From NCBI GenBank assembly GCA_951406725.2, contig OX597837.1, forward strand, positions 7,502,001-7,566,000: a stretch of 64,000 nucleotides of DNA, given 5' to 3'. Below the pieces are notes generated by a model. The model did not search any database. It saw only the letters and a program-made list of their open reading frames with translations, and was not told the origin of the DNA. Below are positions 1 to 13,912 of the stretch, piece by piece. Position numbers and translations under genes: made by a program. The stretch's first letter is position 1, and the number at the start of each line of letters is the position of its first letter. The stretch is from Octopus vulgaris (Eukaryota).

Positions 1-184
1 CCTGTAACTTTGCAGTTCAGCAAAAGAGACCCGATAGAATAAGTACTAGGCTTACAAAGAATAAGTCCTGGGGGTCGATTTTCTCAACTAAAGGCGGTGC
101 TCCAGCATGGCCGCAGTCAAATGACTGAAACAAGTAAAAAAGTAAAGAGTATAACATTGATAGTGTAAGCTGAATACTAAAGGG

Positions 185-408
185 TTAACCCATTAGCATT
201 GAAACAAGTCGTATAGGGGCCAAAATATTTAACCCTGAATTATGCACAAACTGGCCTGATCTGGCCTCTCACCTCAACCCCACAATGCCATTCTAAGACT
301 AAACTATAGCAGCATTGAAATCTGGAAACTTCAAGAGGATGCATCTGTATTTCAAAATATAAACAAACATTCTATTCTGACAGATTAATCCGAACGCTAG
401 AGGGTTAA
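185..408. mobile_element. Second piggyBac-like MITE family (related pieces at ~799-2065 interrupted, 50095-50303, 61580-61683)
   Basis: TTAA|CCCATTAGCATT ... AACGCTAGAGGG|TTAA. Confidence 0.55.
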
Positions 409-450
409 ACAACAATTGCTACTACTACCACAACCACCACCACCACCACT

Positions 451-482
<32 letters not shown>

Positions 483-2202
483 CACTACGACTATTACTGC
501 TACCACCACCACGACTATTACTACTACTACTACCACCACCACGACTATTACTACTACTACTAGAACCACTACCACTACCACCACTACTACCACCACCACC
601 ACCACTACTACTACTACCACTACTACTACCACTACTACCACCACCACCACCACCATCACTACTACTACTACTACTACTACTGCTGCTACTTTATGAGAGA
701 AAGAGCCCCATCTTGGTTGCTTCAATTATAAAACAAAGAAAACCAATTCTTTATACAATGCAATTTGTGCTTTTATTATGTTTTTTTAACTTATCATCTT
801 AACCCTCAGCATTTTACCATTTAAACAGGCCTCCTCCTCATCATCATCATCATCATTTAATGTCCGTTTTCCATGCTGGCATGGGTTGGGCAGTTTGACT
901 GAAAACTGGTAACCTGGAGAGCTGCACCAGGTTCCAATCTGATTTGGCATGGTTTCTACAGCTAGATGGTCCTTCCCAATGCCAACCATGCCAAGAGTGT
1001 AGTGGGTGCTTTTTACGTGACACCAGCACAGGTGCCAGTTATGAGATACCAACCTCAGCCATGACTACAATCTCACCTGGCTTGAAAGGTATTTTCAAGC
1101 ACAGCATATCGTCAATGGTCTCAGCCACTTGTCACTGCCTCTGTGAGCGCCAAAATTCAATGGGTAGTTTTTACATGCCAATTGCAGAGGTGCCAGTTAC
1201 GAAACACTGTCACTGGTCACAGCTACAATCTCACTTGGCTTGACAGGTCTTCTCAAGCACGGTGGATCACCAGAGGCCTTATTCACTTATCACAGCCTCC
1301 CTGATGTTCAAAGTTTGAAGGGTGGTTTCTATGTGCCAGGTATGCAACCCCAGCATCAGCCTCAACTACGATCTTACTTGGCTTGACAGGTTTTTTGAAG
1401 GACAGTATTTGGCCAAAGGTCTCAGTCGCTTGTCACTGTCTCTGTGAGGCCCAACATTCAAAGTGTGCTTTTTACGGGCCACTGGCACAAGTGCCAGTTA
1501 TGAAACACTGGCATCAGCCACAACTACGATTTCACATCCAGTCAACATATTCTGTTTTATGTTCAAAGTGGCCAGTTCCTGCCTCTCACACTTACCCTAC
1601 AATGTCATTCTGAAATAAACATTCACATCATTGACAACTTGAAGCTAAAGAAAATGCTTGATTGATTCAAAACAATTTAAACAAGAGTACTGAGAGAGTG
1701 CAGACCTCTGCCAAGGTAACGGCAATGTCCTCTGATCAAAAAGAGATAATTTTTAAAATGAGAATAATATCTGAAATAAACTCTACTGATCTCATAAATG
1801 AGAATACTAAAAATGAACCTGACCACTCTCAAAAATTAAGTAAAAAATCAGGAAAAATAATTCAGAAATTTTGTCCAGTACTGGATTGATCCCAAAATCT
1901 AATCAGTTTGTGCCGGTTACGAGGCGAAACATCCCTAAAAGCTTCATCCGAATCCATCCAGCAGGTCTTGAGATATCTTGTCCACTGACAAACAATACCT
2001 CTGCCTCCGCCAAGGCAGAGTTAATAAATAAGCATTACGTTTGACAGAGTGATTCAGACGCCAAAGGAGAAGACACCATTTGGATAATGAAATAATGAAG
2101 TCTAATATACAGCCTTAATGAATAAAAGTCTAAACGAGAAAGTATGATCATATTTGACCAGAAGGTCAACTGACCAGAAGTCTGCTGACTCGGGACCCTT
2201 AC

Positions 2203-2257
2203 GGACACTAGAGGAAAACAGTAGCATTAAGGGCAGGAGTGGCAGGAGGAGTAGCAT
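2203..2257 (-). CDS. Candidate start-codon exon segment encoding a signal peptide MLLLLPLLPLMLLFSSSV (whole exon 2203-2364)
   Basis: Acceptor cttccttctttttatacatttcaag| before 2364; in-frame upstream TGA at 2288-2290; ATG 2257; 18 mostly hydrophobic codons; phase-1 donor CC|GTAAGG after 2203, typical of secreted/cell-surface genes. The rest of the gene would lie left of the window. Confidence 0.5.
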
Positions 2258-2399
2258 TGGTTGTGTTAGAAGAGAGAACTTCTTTTCTCACAGATTTAAA
2301 GGAAGTGCCAAGATTGCAAATATTGATGTAATTGAAGAATCTTCAGAAGAGGAAACACTTAAATCTTGAAATGTATAAAAAGAAGGAAGTGCGTAGATG

Positions 2400-2438
<39 letters not shown>

Positions 2439-2498
2439 ATGCGTGTGTACACACACACACACACATATATATGTATATATATATACACACATATATAT

Positions 2499-2539
<41 letters not shown>

Positions 2540-2726
2540 ATTTAATAAATAAAATATATGCATACATACATACATGTACGTACCTACATCTATATGTATA
2601 TATACATGCATATATATATATATATATGAGTACAGGACACACACATATATATATATATATATACTTATTGATGTGTTCATATCTATACAGGCACACATAT
2701 ACTCACACAGATTATCAGGGCGTGAT

Positions 2727-2766
<40 letters not shown>

Positions 2767-5100
2767 CACACATACATATACATATGTATATATATAAACA
2801 CACAGACACACACACACATATATATATATATGTATGTATAAAAGTAGATAGATTGATACATACATACATACATACAAACAGACAGACAGACAGAATTGGA
2901 GTCAGAGAGACAGTGATAGACAAAAAAAACCCCTGAGAACCCATTAGCAGAATGATATAGTTTAATTACATAATACAATTAACTTGCAGACTAGATGGTT
3001 GTCAAGGAAAGCAGCCTAATTTGTTTATCATCTTTCAAATCTTAAGAAGGTCTTGCAGATTTCTATCGCTCCAGATATACTCTTTTGCTTGTTTCAGTCA
3101 TTTGATTGTGACCATGCTGGAGCACCACCTTTAGTCGAGTAAATCGACCCCAGGACTTATTCTTTGTAAGACTAGTACGTATTCTATTGATTTCTTTTGT
3201 TGAACCGCTAAGTCACAGGAACGCAAACACACCAGCATCAGTTGTCAAGCGATGTTGGGGGACAAACACAGACACAAATACATAAATATACATATATACG
3301 ATGGGCTTCTTTCAGTTTCCGTCTACCATATCCACTCGCAAGGCTTTGGTCAGCCCGAAAAAACATTTGCCCAAGGTGCCATGCAGTGGGATTGAACCCG
3401 GAATCGTGTGGTTGGCAAGTGCACTACTAACCACATATGCATATCTTCTTTCTTTTACTTGTTTCAGTCATTAGTCTGCGGCCATGCTGGGGCACTGCCA
3501 TGACTTTTTTAGTCGACTGAATCAACCTTAGTGCTTTGTTTTAAAGCCCGGTACTTATTCTGTCGATCTCTTTTACTGAACCACTAAGTTACAGGACACA
3601 AAGACACACAGGGGTGTGTATGTATGTGTATGTGTGTGCGTGAGAAGACCCATCAAACCGAGCAAAACAGCAGTCATCGCAGATACTGGTGTCACGCAAA
3701 TGGCACATGCCAGTGGCACATAAAAGCATCCATTACACTCTCGGAGTGGTTGGCATTAGGAAGGGCATCCAGCCATAGAAAACCATGCCAAGTCAAACAG
3801 GACCAGGCGCAGCCTTCCAGCATGCCAGTCCAGTTGAACTGTCCAACCCATGCTAACATAGACCACGGACGTTAAATGATGTTGATGATGATGATGATAT
3901 GTATGTGTGGGTCAAGTAAAACCAAAATCGCAGCTGTGGCCAGCGACCCCTGACTTACTCCCGTTCCAGTGGCATGTAAAACACGCCATCTGAACATGTA
4001 TATTTCTTTATTGCCCACAAGGGGCTAAACACAGAGAGGACAAACAAGGACAGACAAACGGATTAAGCCGATTATATCGACCCCAGTGCATAACTGGTAC
4101 TTATTTAATCGACCTCGAAAGGATGAAAGGCAAAGTCGACCTCGGCTGAGTTTGAACTCACAACGTAACAGCAGACGAAATACCGCTAAGCATTTCCCCT
4201 GGCGCGCTAACATGGTCTATGTCAGGGCCACCTGACTGGCTCTCATGCCAGTGGAATGTAAAAAGCACCCATTGCACTCTCAGAGTGGTCGATGTTAGGA
4301 AGGGCATCCAGCTGTAGAAACAGTACCAGATCAGTTTGGAGCCTGGAGCAGCCTACTGGTTCTTCAGACCTTAGTCAAACCATCCAACCCATGCCAGCAT
4401 GAAAAACAGATGTTAAAGGATGGTGATGATAATGATGATGATAATGTACAGGAAGGATTCTGACCACTCCCATGTGACTAAAAGTGGACTGACACATTGC
4501 TATAAAAAGGACAGTCAGCAGTTCACAAAAAGCAGTCCTTTGTGAGCCATTGTCAGAGGGCATTCAACCTCATGTAGCAGTAATCCTAATGCTTTGTGTG
4601 AATACTTAATTTCTTTCTGTTTCTTTATTACCCACAAGGGGCTAAACACAGAGGGGACAAACAAGGACAGCCAAAGGGATTAACTCAATTATTTCAACCC
4701 CAGTGCTTAACTGGTACTTAATTTATCGACCCCAAAAGAATGAAAGGCAAAGTCGACCTCCGTGGAATTTAAACTCAGAACGTAGCAGCAGACGAAATAC
4801 CACTAAGCATTTCGCCTGGTTCTGCCAGCTTGTTCTCTCTGTCAAATCCACTCACAAGGCTGTAGTTGGCCTGAGATTATAGAAGACACAAGTCGAAGGT
4901 GCCACGCAGTGGCACTGAAACCAGAACCATGTGGTTGGAAAGCAAGCTTTTTACCACACAGCCACGCCTATATATATATATGTTGAACTTCCATACAGGT
5001 TAAATTACCAAATTCATTCCCAAGGCATTAGTCGACCCTAGAAACTTTAGTATAAACACAAGGTGCTGCGCTGTGGGACTGAACCGAAAAACCATGTGGT

Positions 5101-5509
5101 GGATCTTTTCGGTTTGAACAGCAGCTTTTTCTAGCGGTGTCATATGAAATTGTCACCCATAATTATGACCCTAGTATCGATCTATTGCATTTCAATCTGT
5201 TTCAGGGTTAGGGGTAGGGGGAAGGGTATCTTTTTTCCTTCAGAAATGTAAATAAACCCAATCTGTTTCTTAAACGAGGGACATATTCATACGGCACAGA
5301 ATGTCTTCACCTCAATAGGCGTCATTGATTGGTTGAAATTGCAGAAATTGAAAAAAAAAACAACAAATATCTTACAAACTATAGAATTTTCTCAATAAAG
5401 CCAAAAGAAAAAGCTGTTTTATAAACACATTCTACCAGTATACGAAGTTTAAAAGTATTTAGTTACGTGGAAATTATTTTAAAAAACTGCCTTTCAAACC
5501 GAAAGATCC
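5101..5509. mobile_element. MITE with GGATC termini and 8-bp TSD (Merlin/IS1016-like), inserted in a SINE
   Basis: TIR GGATCTTTTCGGTTTGAA...TTCAAACCGAAAGATCC; exact TSD CATGTGGT. Confidence 0.75.
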
Positions 5510-5961
5510 CATGTGGTTGCCAACCAAGCTTCTGCACCACCCAACCATTCCTATATTACCCTTTACAAAGACCAAACCCCCTTCTCACTTCATGGCCCAA
5601 CCCCTCAACCCGACCGTCTCCTCAATTTCCTTTGAATCTTCCAGTTATCTCCCCTGAAATTTACAGGTCTATATACTATATAAACACTAATTCAGGCTAA
5701 TCTGTTTAATTATGTTCTTTCACCCCACCCCTCCCACACACACACTTCTCTCCTCCATCTCATGGCTGCGATTTTAATTAACATTTTTTATTTATTTATG
5801 TTTATTTATTTTGTTTCATCTCATTTTATTTAGTTCTTCATTTGCTTCAAAGAAATAACCATGAACTGTGTGAGCACCGACTTATTTCTCTGCATGTATG
5901 AATGTGTAAGTAATATAGGTCCATTCCCAACACGTCTTGGGGCCTGAAGATATGCCATAAA

Positions 5962-6043
<82 letters not shown>

Positions 6044-6308
6044 GTGGTGTATCTTCAGACCCCAAAACCTGTTAGCCTATATTATATACACATGCATACA
6101 TACACTCACACATACATATATATACGACGGGCTTCTTTCCGTTTCTGTCTACCAAATCCACTCACAAGGCTTTGGTCAGCCCAAGGCTATATAATAGAAG
6201 ACACTTGCTGAAGGGCTACCCAGAGGGACTGAACCCGGAACCATGTGGTTGGCAAGCAAGCCACTTACCACAGAGCCACTACTGCACCATGTGTGTGTGT
6301 GTGTATAT

Positions 6309-6355
<47 letters not shown>

Positions 6356-6807
6356 AACACATCCATTCTAATTTCCTCAATTCACAGAACTAAAAATTCG
6401 AGGCAGTGCCCCAGTATGGCCACAGCCTAATGAAAGATAACACACACACATATATTCTTTAGCATATGAGTGTGATGGATGCATAAAGAGGAGGAGGTAA
6501 AAAAAGAAAGAAGGATGTCAAGAGGGTGAGAATGGAGGCAGGACACGAACAAACTTCGCAAAGAAGAATGGTAGTAATAAGTAGTAGTAGTAGTAGTAAT
6601 AGTAGTGGTGGTGATGGTGGGAGATGGTGGGGGTGACAGCCAGAGAGAAAATTATGGTGATGCTAGTAGCAGAAGAGGAGGGAAGAATGGAGGGAGGAAG
6701 AGAGAGCGAGAAGGGGGAGAAGAAGGAGAAGAACTCTCAGAGGAAGAAAGGGAGAAGAATTTCTCGTGTGTGCATGTGCGCGTGCTGATGATGTAGATAA
6801 TTAAAAA

Positions 6808-6878
<71 letters not shown>

Positions 6879-8088
6879 CTGTGTGTGTGTACATATATAC
6901 ACATACACTCATATATACAGATATACATTTATATATATATATATATATTTACATATGTATATATTCAGGTCAAATGAAAGGAAGCTTGCTCTCTCTTTCT
7001 CTCTCTACCATCACTTGAGAGCTTGTATGTGGCTACTTGATCTGCTAAAAATACCAGCCAAATTCTAAATCCCTCAATTCACGGTACCCTCCTAACTTCA
7101 AAAAAAGCGAAAACGAAATTTTTTGTTTTAAATTGTTTAACGATGTCTTAAACATACAAAAGTAAAATTTTCGATGGAGTGGTCACGATCGAAAACATCA
7201 TAGATTATAGGATCAGCTCAAGTAAAACTGACCTGGTGTTAATCTACTAAAACAAAGGCAGGAAGCCTTTCTATATTGTAGCTTGGATTAGCTAGAAAAA
7301 ACAGTCAATTTTCCCTCATATTCTAATGTTTAATAAAGAAAAAAAAAAGCAAGGAAGGACGCGTTAGATAAAAAATTATGTTGCCCTAGATACGATGATG
7401 TTTGAACGAAAAAAAGAAAAATAATAAAAACAAATAATACAAGATGGGATGGTCACATCTGGAATTCCTTTAAGGAACTGTTGCATTCAGAACTGATCCT
7501 GAGCTTAGAAAATACACCACCACCATCATCATCATCATCATCATTATTATATGGTCACCACAAGCAATAGAAATTACCATTTACCACTTTCACCAGCACC
7601 ACCACCATCACAATTACCAACGTCAACATCACTACCATCACCACTACTACTACTACTATTCCCCCACCAGTGCCACCATTAAATAAGTTACAAAAAAACA
7701 AAGAGTAAAAACAAACAAAAAACTATTGAAAAAACAGCTGCTATGAAACCAGCGAAGCACTTAAAGACACCATACACCCTCATACAAATATATATATATA
7801 CATACATATATATACACCCATATATACGTATATATATGCTCATACGCACAAGCTTGGTAATCGGTCAGGTTAACTAAGAACTCGTAATTACATACACCTC
7901 CCTGTTTTTCTTAAACATTTTTCAAGCAACTCCAGAGGGAGTTTTTGCCTACTAACTGCTTAGATAATCTCTTATACTACTCTTATACTTTTCCATCTCG
8001 CCTTTATTACATTATATACGAAAACCCTGGCCAGCGTGAATGTGTATTTAATAGGAAGACCATACTTCGGCTCTTCTGAGAGCCTTAC

Positions 8089-8155
8089 CATCTTGGCCAT
8101 ATCGGTGCAGTTGACTTGAACCCCCCCCCTCCCGGCTTTGATGACAGTAAAAAAA
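8089..8155 (-). other. Possible small exon (5' UTR or alternative start MAKM)
   Basis: Acceptor ccccttatatctccag| and donor ATG|GTAAGG, 67 nt apart in non-repeat DNA; ends ATG GCC AAG ATG (phase 0). Confidence 0.3.
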
Positions 8156-8531
8156 CTGGAGATATAAGGGGGGGGCTTAGAGAGTGGGGGTTAGCAGTGG
8201 TTGCATGGTTAGGGGAGGAAGTAATCTGATATAGTTGGTGTAAGTAGATAACCATTCCTCTGAGATTCTGTTTCAGCTTCCATGTTTGTTTATTTATTCA
8301 CCCATTCCTCTTTTTCCATGGCCTCCATCCCTCAGTTCAATTCATTTATCTGTCCTTCTATTCTTCCATAACTTTGTCTTTCCATCCATCTATCCATCCC
8401 TCTATCTATCTATCTATCTGCCTATCTATCTATCTATCTATCTATCTATCTGCCTATCCATCTATCTGCCTATCCATCTATCTGCCTATCCATCTATCTG
8501 CCTATCCATCTATCTGCCTATCCATCTATCC

Positions 8532-8578
<47 letters not shown>

Positions 8579-9626
8579 CATCCATCCATCTAGAAACGTT
8601 AGCACGCCAGGTGAAATGGTTAGCGGTATTTCGTCTGTCCAACGTTGTGAGTTCAAATTCCGCTGAGGTCGACTTTGCCTTTAATCCTTTTGGGGTCGAT
8701 AAATTAAGTACCAGTTACACACTGGGGTTGATGTAATCGACTTAATTCCTATATCTGTCCTTGTTTGTCCCCTCTATGTTTAGCCCCTTGTGCGTAATAA
8801 AGAAAGATATCTATCCCTCCATCCATCTATCAATGTATCCATCCATCCATCCATCCGTCCGTCCATCTATCTATCTAAACTATTGGCCATTTTATCTCTC
8901 CATCCTTACATCTGCTCATCTACACATCCACCCATCTAGCTCCCTAGCCATCCTTTTATCCATTCCATTCCATCCATCCACACCCCTATCCTCTCTTCCA
9001 CTTCTTCATCCACCCATCCTTTCATCCATCCTCCCTTCCATTTCTTCATCCATCCATCCATCCAATCATTCATCGATCCATCCTTTTATCCCTCAAACCA
9101 TCCTTCCACCCATCCATCCATCCATTCATCCTCCCATCCATAAGCCAATACTAGTTGTTGTTGTTGCTGTTATTGTTGCTGAAGCCAGGTCAGCCCTTAA
9201 TGATCTGACCCCTAATTAAAGACCACACTAGCCATCCCCACTGGATCCCATCCTAGATATATGGCATCTCTGCCAGTGTTGGAAAACCTGCAGCTGTTGA
9301 AACTATTAAGGACAATTTTCTGAAACAAGCCAAGAGTTTGAAATAATGTTTTCCCCTTTATCCCCTTTTTGTTTTCACATGATCTTCCTATCCCTAAGTA
9401 GCAAGCCTCTAATCAGCCCCATGACCTGCAGTGACATTTTCTCCAGCATCAACCCAATGAAATCAATACCAAACCAAGGATTTCTCAGCCAAAAGAATAA
9501 GGACCAAAATCCAATAAAGAACCAGTTATTTCTGAATAAGATTCTTTTAAAATCTACAGCAACTGAAGCATCGCCCATGCTGGGCCACAAAAACCACCAA
9601 ATCCCCTCTTCTTAGATAGCAGAACT

Positions 9627-10126
9627 GGATCTTTTCGGTTTGACCAGCAGTTTTTTAAAATAATTTCCACATAACTAAACACTTTTAAACTTCGTATGCT
9701 GGTAGAATGTGTTTATAAAACATCTTTTTCTCTAGGCTTTATTGAGAAAATTCTATAGTTTGTAAGATATTTGTTGTTGTTTTTTTTTTTCAATTTCTGC
9801 AATTTCAACCAATCAATGGTGTCAATTGAGGTGAAAACATTCCGTGCCGTATGAATATGTCCCTCGTTTAAGAAACAGATTGGGTTTATTTACATTTCTA
9901 ACCCTAACCCTAAAACAGATTGAAATGCAATAGATCGATACTAGGGTCATAATTATGGGTGACAATTTCATATGACACCGTTAGAAAAAACTGCTGTTCA
10001 AACCGAAAAGATCCCCTAACCCTAAAACAGATTGAAATGCAATAGATTGATACTAGGGTCATAATTATGGGTGACAATTTCATATGACACCGCTAGAAAA
10101 AACTGCCATTCAAACCGAAAAGATCC
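9627..10126. mobile_element. Second copy of the GGATC MITE, opposite orientation, with duplicated end
   Basis: Same TIR; TSD GCAGAACT/GCAGAATT; terminal ~110 bp duplicated in tandem. Confidence 0.75.
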
Positions 10127-10671
10127 GCAGAATTTTTGGTTAAAACAGTACCTGAAGTACCCCAAATTTCTATAGAGGACATTAATACTGATAGGTTCCT
10201 ACTGATTCTGTGATTCTGCTGCTAGAAATAACACAGAAGCCTGGCATTCTGGTTTAAAATTTCTTGGATTGTCATTGGTTGACTGTCAATTTCAAACTTC
10301 CAGGCAGTCGACAGTTTAAAGTTGAAATTTCCTGTTGTGCTGTCTGCCACAGCATACATACATGAGTTCATATACACACACAAGTGTGTGTGTGTGTCTG
10401 TGTGTCTATATATGTAAATATATACACTCACATACTGTAATATATTAACGTGTAAGGCTGAGGTCCTATTTTAGTGGGCTACTTAAATTTCAGGAGACAT
10501 TTTAAAAATAACCATATTCCTGAGTTTGAAAAATGATTTAGATTTGTTTTCTTACTTTTTTTTTTTTTCCGATTTTCACAAAGATTTTGGTTAAATTCTT
10601 TAAACACTGAAATTCTGGCAAAAATTATTTAAGCATTATTTATAGTATGTTGTAATATATACATACATACA

Positions 10672-10842
10672 GGCGCAGGAGTGGCTGTGTGGTAAGTAGC
10701 TTGCTAACCAACCACATGGTTCCGGATTCAGTCCCACTGCGTGGCGCCTTGGGCAAATGCCTTCTACTATAGCCTTGGGCCGACCAATACCTTGTGAGTG
10801 GATTTGGTAGACGGAAACTGAAAGAAGCCTGTCGTATATATG

Positions 10843-10875
<33 letters not shown>

Positions 10876-11087
10876 GTTTGTGTGTCTGTGTTTGTCCCCC
10901 TAGCATTGCTTGACAACCGATGCTGGTGTGTTTACGTCCCCCGTCACTTAGCGGTTCGGCAAAAGAGACCGATAGAATAAGTACTGGAATTACAAAGAAT
11001 AAGTCCCGGGGTCGATTTCCTCGACTAAAGGCGGTGTTCCAGCATGGCCACAGTCAAATGACTGAAACAAGTAAAAGAGTAAAGAGT
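10672..11087 (+). mobile_element. Full-length tRNA-derived SINE family A with internal (TA/TG)n
   Basis: Pol III A/B-box head (GTGGCTGTGTGG...GGATTCAGTCCC) and tail GAAACAAGTAAAAGAG. About 20 whole or partial copies, e.g. 1-150, 3080-3430, 12470-12830, 14597-14817, 16620-16978, 17215-17375, 22692-22920, 42208-42352, 43025-43213, 53215-53520. Confidence 0.85.
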
Positions 11088-12554
11088 ATACATACATATA
11101 CACTCTCTCTTTTACTCTTTTTCTTTTCTTTCTATATATTTCTTCTTGTTTATTTTGTTCTTTACTTTAACTGATGTCAATTGTCCAAAAATCATTTGTC
11201 ACACATCTGTGACCTCTTCAGGGACACTTTTCGTTTTCGTATTTGCCCTTGCTCTGCTTACTCCATTCACTCTCTCTATATATTAAGTGAGTGTGTGCAT
11301 GTGTGTGTAAATCTATATAAATAAGGATAAGATCGTTAATTAAAATACCGATCATATCAAGTGGCCAGCATGGGAATAAGAACCTCATAGGAAATAATTA
11401 TTATTAAAATTATAATTAAGGGTATCTAAAAGATACCACTATGCTAGAGATAGCAGTCAAAACTTGACTCTAAAACCACATCATGAATACATCATGAATA
11501 CTGCCACAGTGTATCAAAGATTACATTGTTAAATGTAACCATTTGTTTTTCTTTTTTCTTTTCAGTTCTAAAACAGATTGTGACTTAATGGTCATACAGC
11601 TGCTATTTACAGCAGATCAAGCAACCACAGAGTGGCTCCTTCATTGGTTCCAAAAACACAGTCTTCAGCAATACAGCCAGACCCTGTCCCATGTGATATA
11701 TCCTTCATTATTCCAGCAAAAAAAAAAAAAAAAATCTGTCCTTCACCACGCAGTTCTAAACACCCACTTAAAGAATCATTTCCTAAACTCATCTCCTGTG
11801 GAAGTAATATTTCCTTTCTTAATCAAACATCGGAATCTTCTGGAACCAAATTTTTCAAATTAATTGAAAGTTTTCGAAGTTTTTGTCAGAAAGGAAGGAA
11901 GAAAATTTTTGAATTACAAACTCCCATCTTTTACAAATTAAACGTTTACATTTTTTTCGGACCTTCACATCCATCCATCCATCCAGCTTCTCTGCCCACC
12001 ATTCTTGGGAAGTTGTCATCGTAGAGTCTTCAGACACCTCCTTCATTAGGGTCCTATCAGATGCAACTATCATAACATTTTCTGACTGGATTCCCAAGAA
12101 TGGCCAATCGAGATTAAGGATATTATCCGTTCTTAGACCACTCCCAGGTCTCCGTTGGTTTGACTTGAAGAATCTCTTTTGCAATTCGTTCCTATGACAT
12201 CCTAATCACATGTCCATAGCACCAGACACATACACACACGTCATTGTCATCACCACCATTACCATCATCATATAACATGTTTTCCATGCTGGCATGGGTT
12301 GGACAGTTTGACAAGAGCTGGCAAACCAAAGGATGGCACTAGACTTTTGTGTCTGTTTTGGCATGGTTTTTACAGCTGGATGCCTTTCCAAATGTCAACC
12401 ATTTGCAGTGTGGACTGGATGCTTTTTATGTGGCACCAACACCAGAGGGGTCACCAAGTAACTTGCAAGCCTCGGGCCAACCAAAGCCTTGTGAGAGGAA
12501 TTGGTAGACGGAAACTGAGAGAAGCCCATCATATATATATGTGTGTGTGTATAA

Positions 12555-12615
<61 letters not shown>

Positions 12616-13169
12616 TGTGTGTATATGTTTGTGTGTCTGTGTTTGTCTCCCCAACATCGCTTGACAACCAATGCTGGTATGTTTACATCCCCGTAACTTA
12701 GTAGCTCAGTAAAAGAGACCGATAGAATAAGTACTAGGCTTACAAAGAATAATTCCTGGGGTCCAATCACTTGACTAAAGGCGGTGCTCCAGCATGGCCA
12801 CAGTCAAATGACTGAAACAAGTAAAAGATTATATCACATGTATATGTATACATATATGTATGTATGTATATATGTAGGGAGATACACAACAGACAGCAGC
12901 CACTCCTACCAAAATTCTTCCTATGACCTTAAATGACACTTAAGTCCAACTACACACATACAGCCACAATCACACACACACATACACGTGCTATCATTAC
13001 ACACATACAGACTTGTGTGCACACACATACCCATACATACCTCCTTCACTTGCACTCTCCAGTCTTTGAAAGAATTTTTTCTTCCTCCATTCCCTTCCGG
13101 GTCATTTCAATATGTGACCACATGTGTATCATTGGCGATTTTCTTTCTCCATCTTCCTTTCCTTGAACA

Positions 13170-13311
13170 TTTTCTATATTTCTGATGAAGAGCTCCATCT
13201 CGAAACATGAAATCCTCTTTCTTTCCTTTCCTTTGCTGAGCGTCCAATAACACTGGACTTATTCCACGTCCTCACGTTGTTGCTTTTTTACTTGCTTGTT
13301 CATGCCTGGAT

Positions 13312-13316
<5 letters not shown>
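13170..13316 (+). mobile_element. Penelope-like terminal fragment with degenerate hammerhead
   Basis: attt-CTGATGA-a-gag(ctccat)ctc-GAAAC at 13178-13213, ending in (TA)n. Confidence 0.45.
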
Positions 13317-13364
<48 letters not shown>

Positions 13365-13623
13365 ATGTATCAAATGAAATAAATGAAAAACAGGACGCAA
13401 AGGATGTTGCGGTACATATGTTTTGGGCTTTATAGAACAACTTATTCTTACATCAATGCATAACTGATATAACAGATAGATCAAAAGCCTTCTTCAGCCG
13501 CGTACAATTGCTATATATATATATATATATATACATATAATGTAGGATAAAACTTTCTTGAAAAAAAAATGTTATCAGTGGCCAGCATATTAAAAATTAC
13601 GTTTAAAGGTTAAATTTATTTAT

Positions 13624-13666
<43 letters not shown>

Positions 13667-13667
<1 letters not shown>

Positions 13668-13867
13668 CGGGAAGCTTTATGAAAATAAACAAAAGACGAA
13701 GGCAGGTGGAATACAAACAAACAATTGTATTAGTATGGCGCTTAGGAATATAAATAATACAAGTCTTTTACGTTTCGAGCCTACGCTCTTCAACAGAAAG
13801 ATACACAGAAAAGAAACACGGAGAGAAAAAAATGCGTGCAGAAGCTAGCGAATCAACATGGCGATCC

Positions 13868-13872
<5 letters not shown>
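13667..13872 (-). mobile_element. Penelope-like terminal fragment with hammerhead-like motif
   Basis: cttt-CTGTTGA-a-gagc(gtag)gctc-GAAAC-GTA-aaag at 13765-13800; flanked by (TA)n; related to the 13170 fragment. Confidence 0.5.

Positions 13873-13912
<40 letters not shown>

Noticed and set aside
2154-2369. Plus-strand 71-aa ORF resembling a C-terminal tail (acceptor ttcttttctcacag at 2292)
   Set aside because: Antisense to the signal-peptide exon and no supporting plus-strand gene seen; not fully excluded.
10672-10745. tRNA gene
   Set aside because: tRNA-derived SINE head; no complete cloverleaf.
11543-11863. Plus-strand acceptor at 11565 with ORF (EWLLHWFQKHSLQQY, faintly SAM-like)
   Set aside because: Runs into poly-A, no good donor, similarity too weak.
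11855-12184. Minus-strand 109-aa ORF with a faint Tc1 transposase look (DRTLMKEVSEDSTMTT)
   Set aside because: No catalytic motif or TIR visible; needs blastx.
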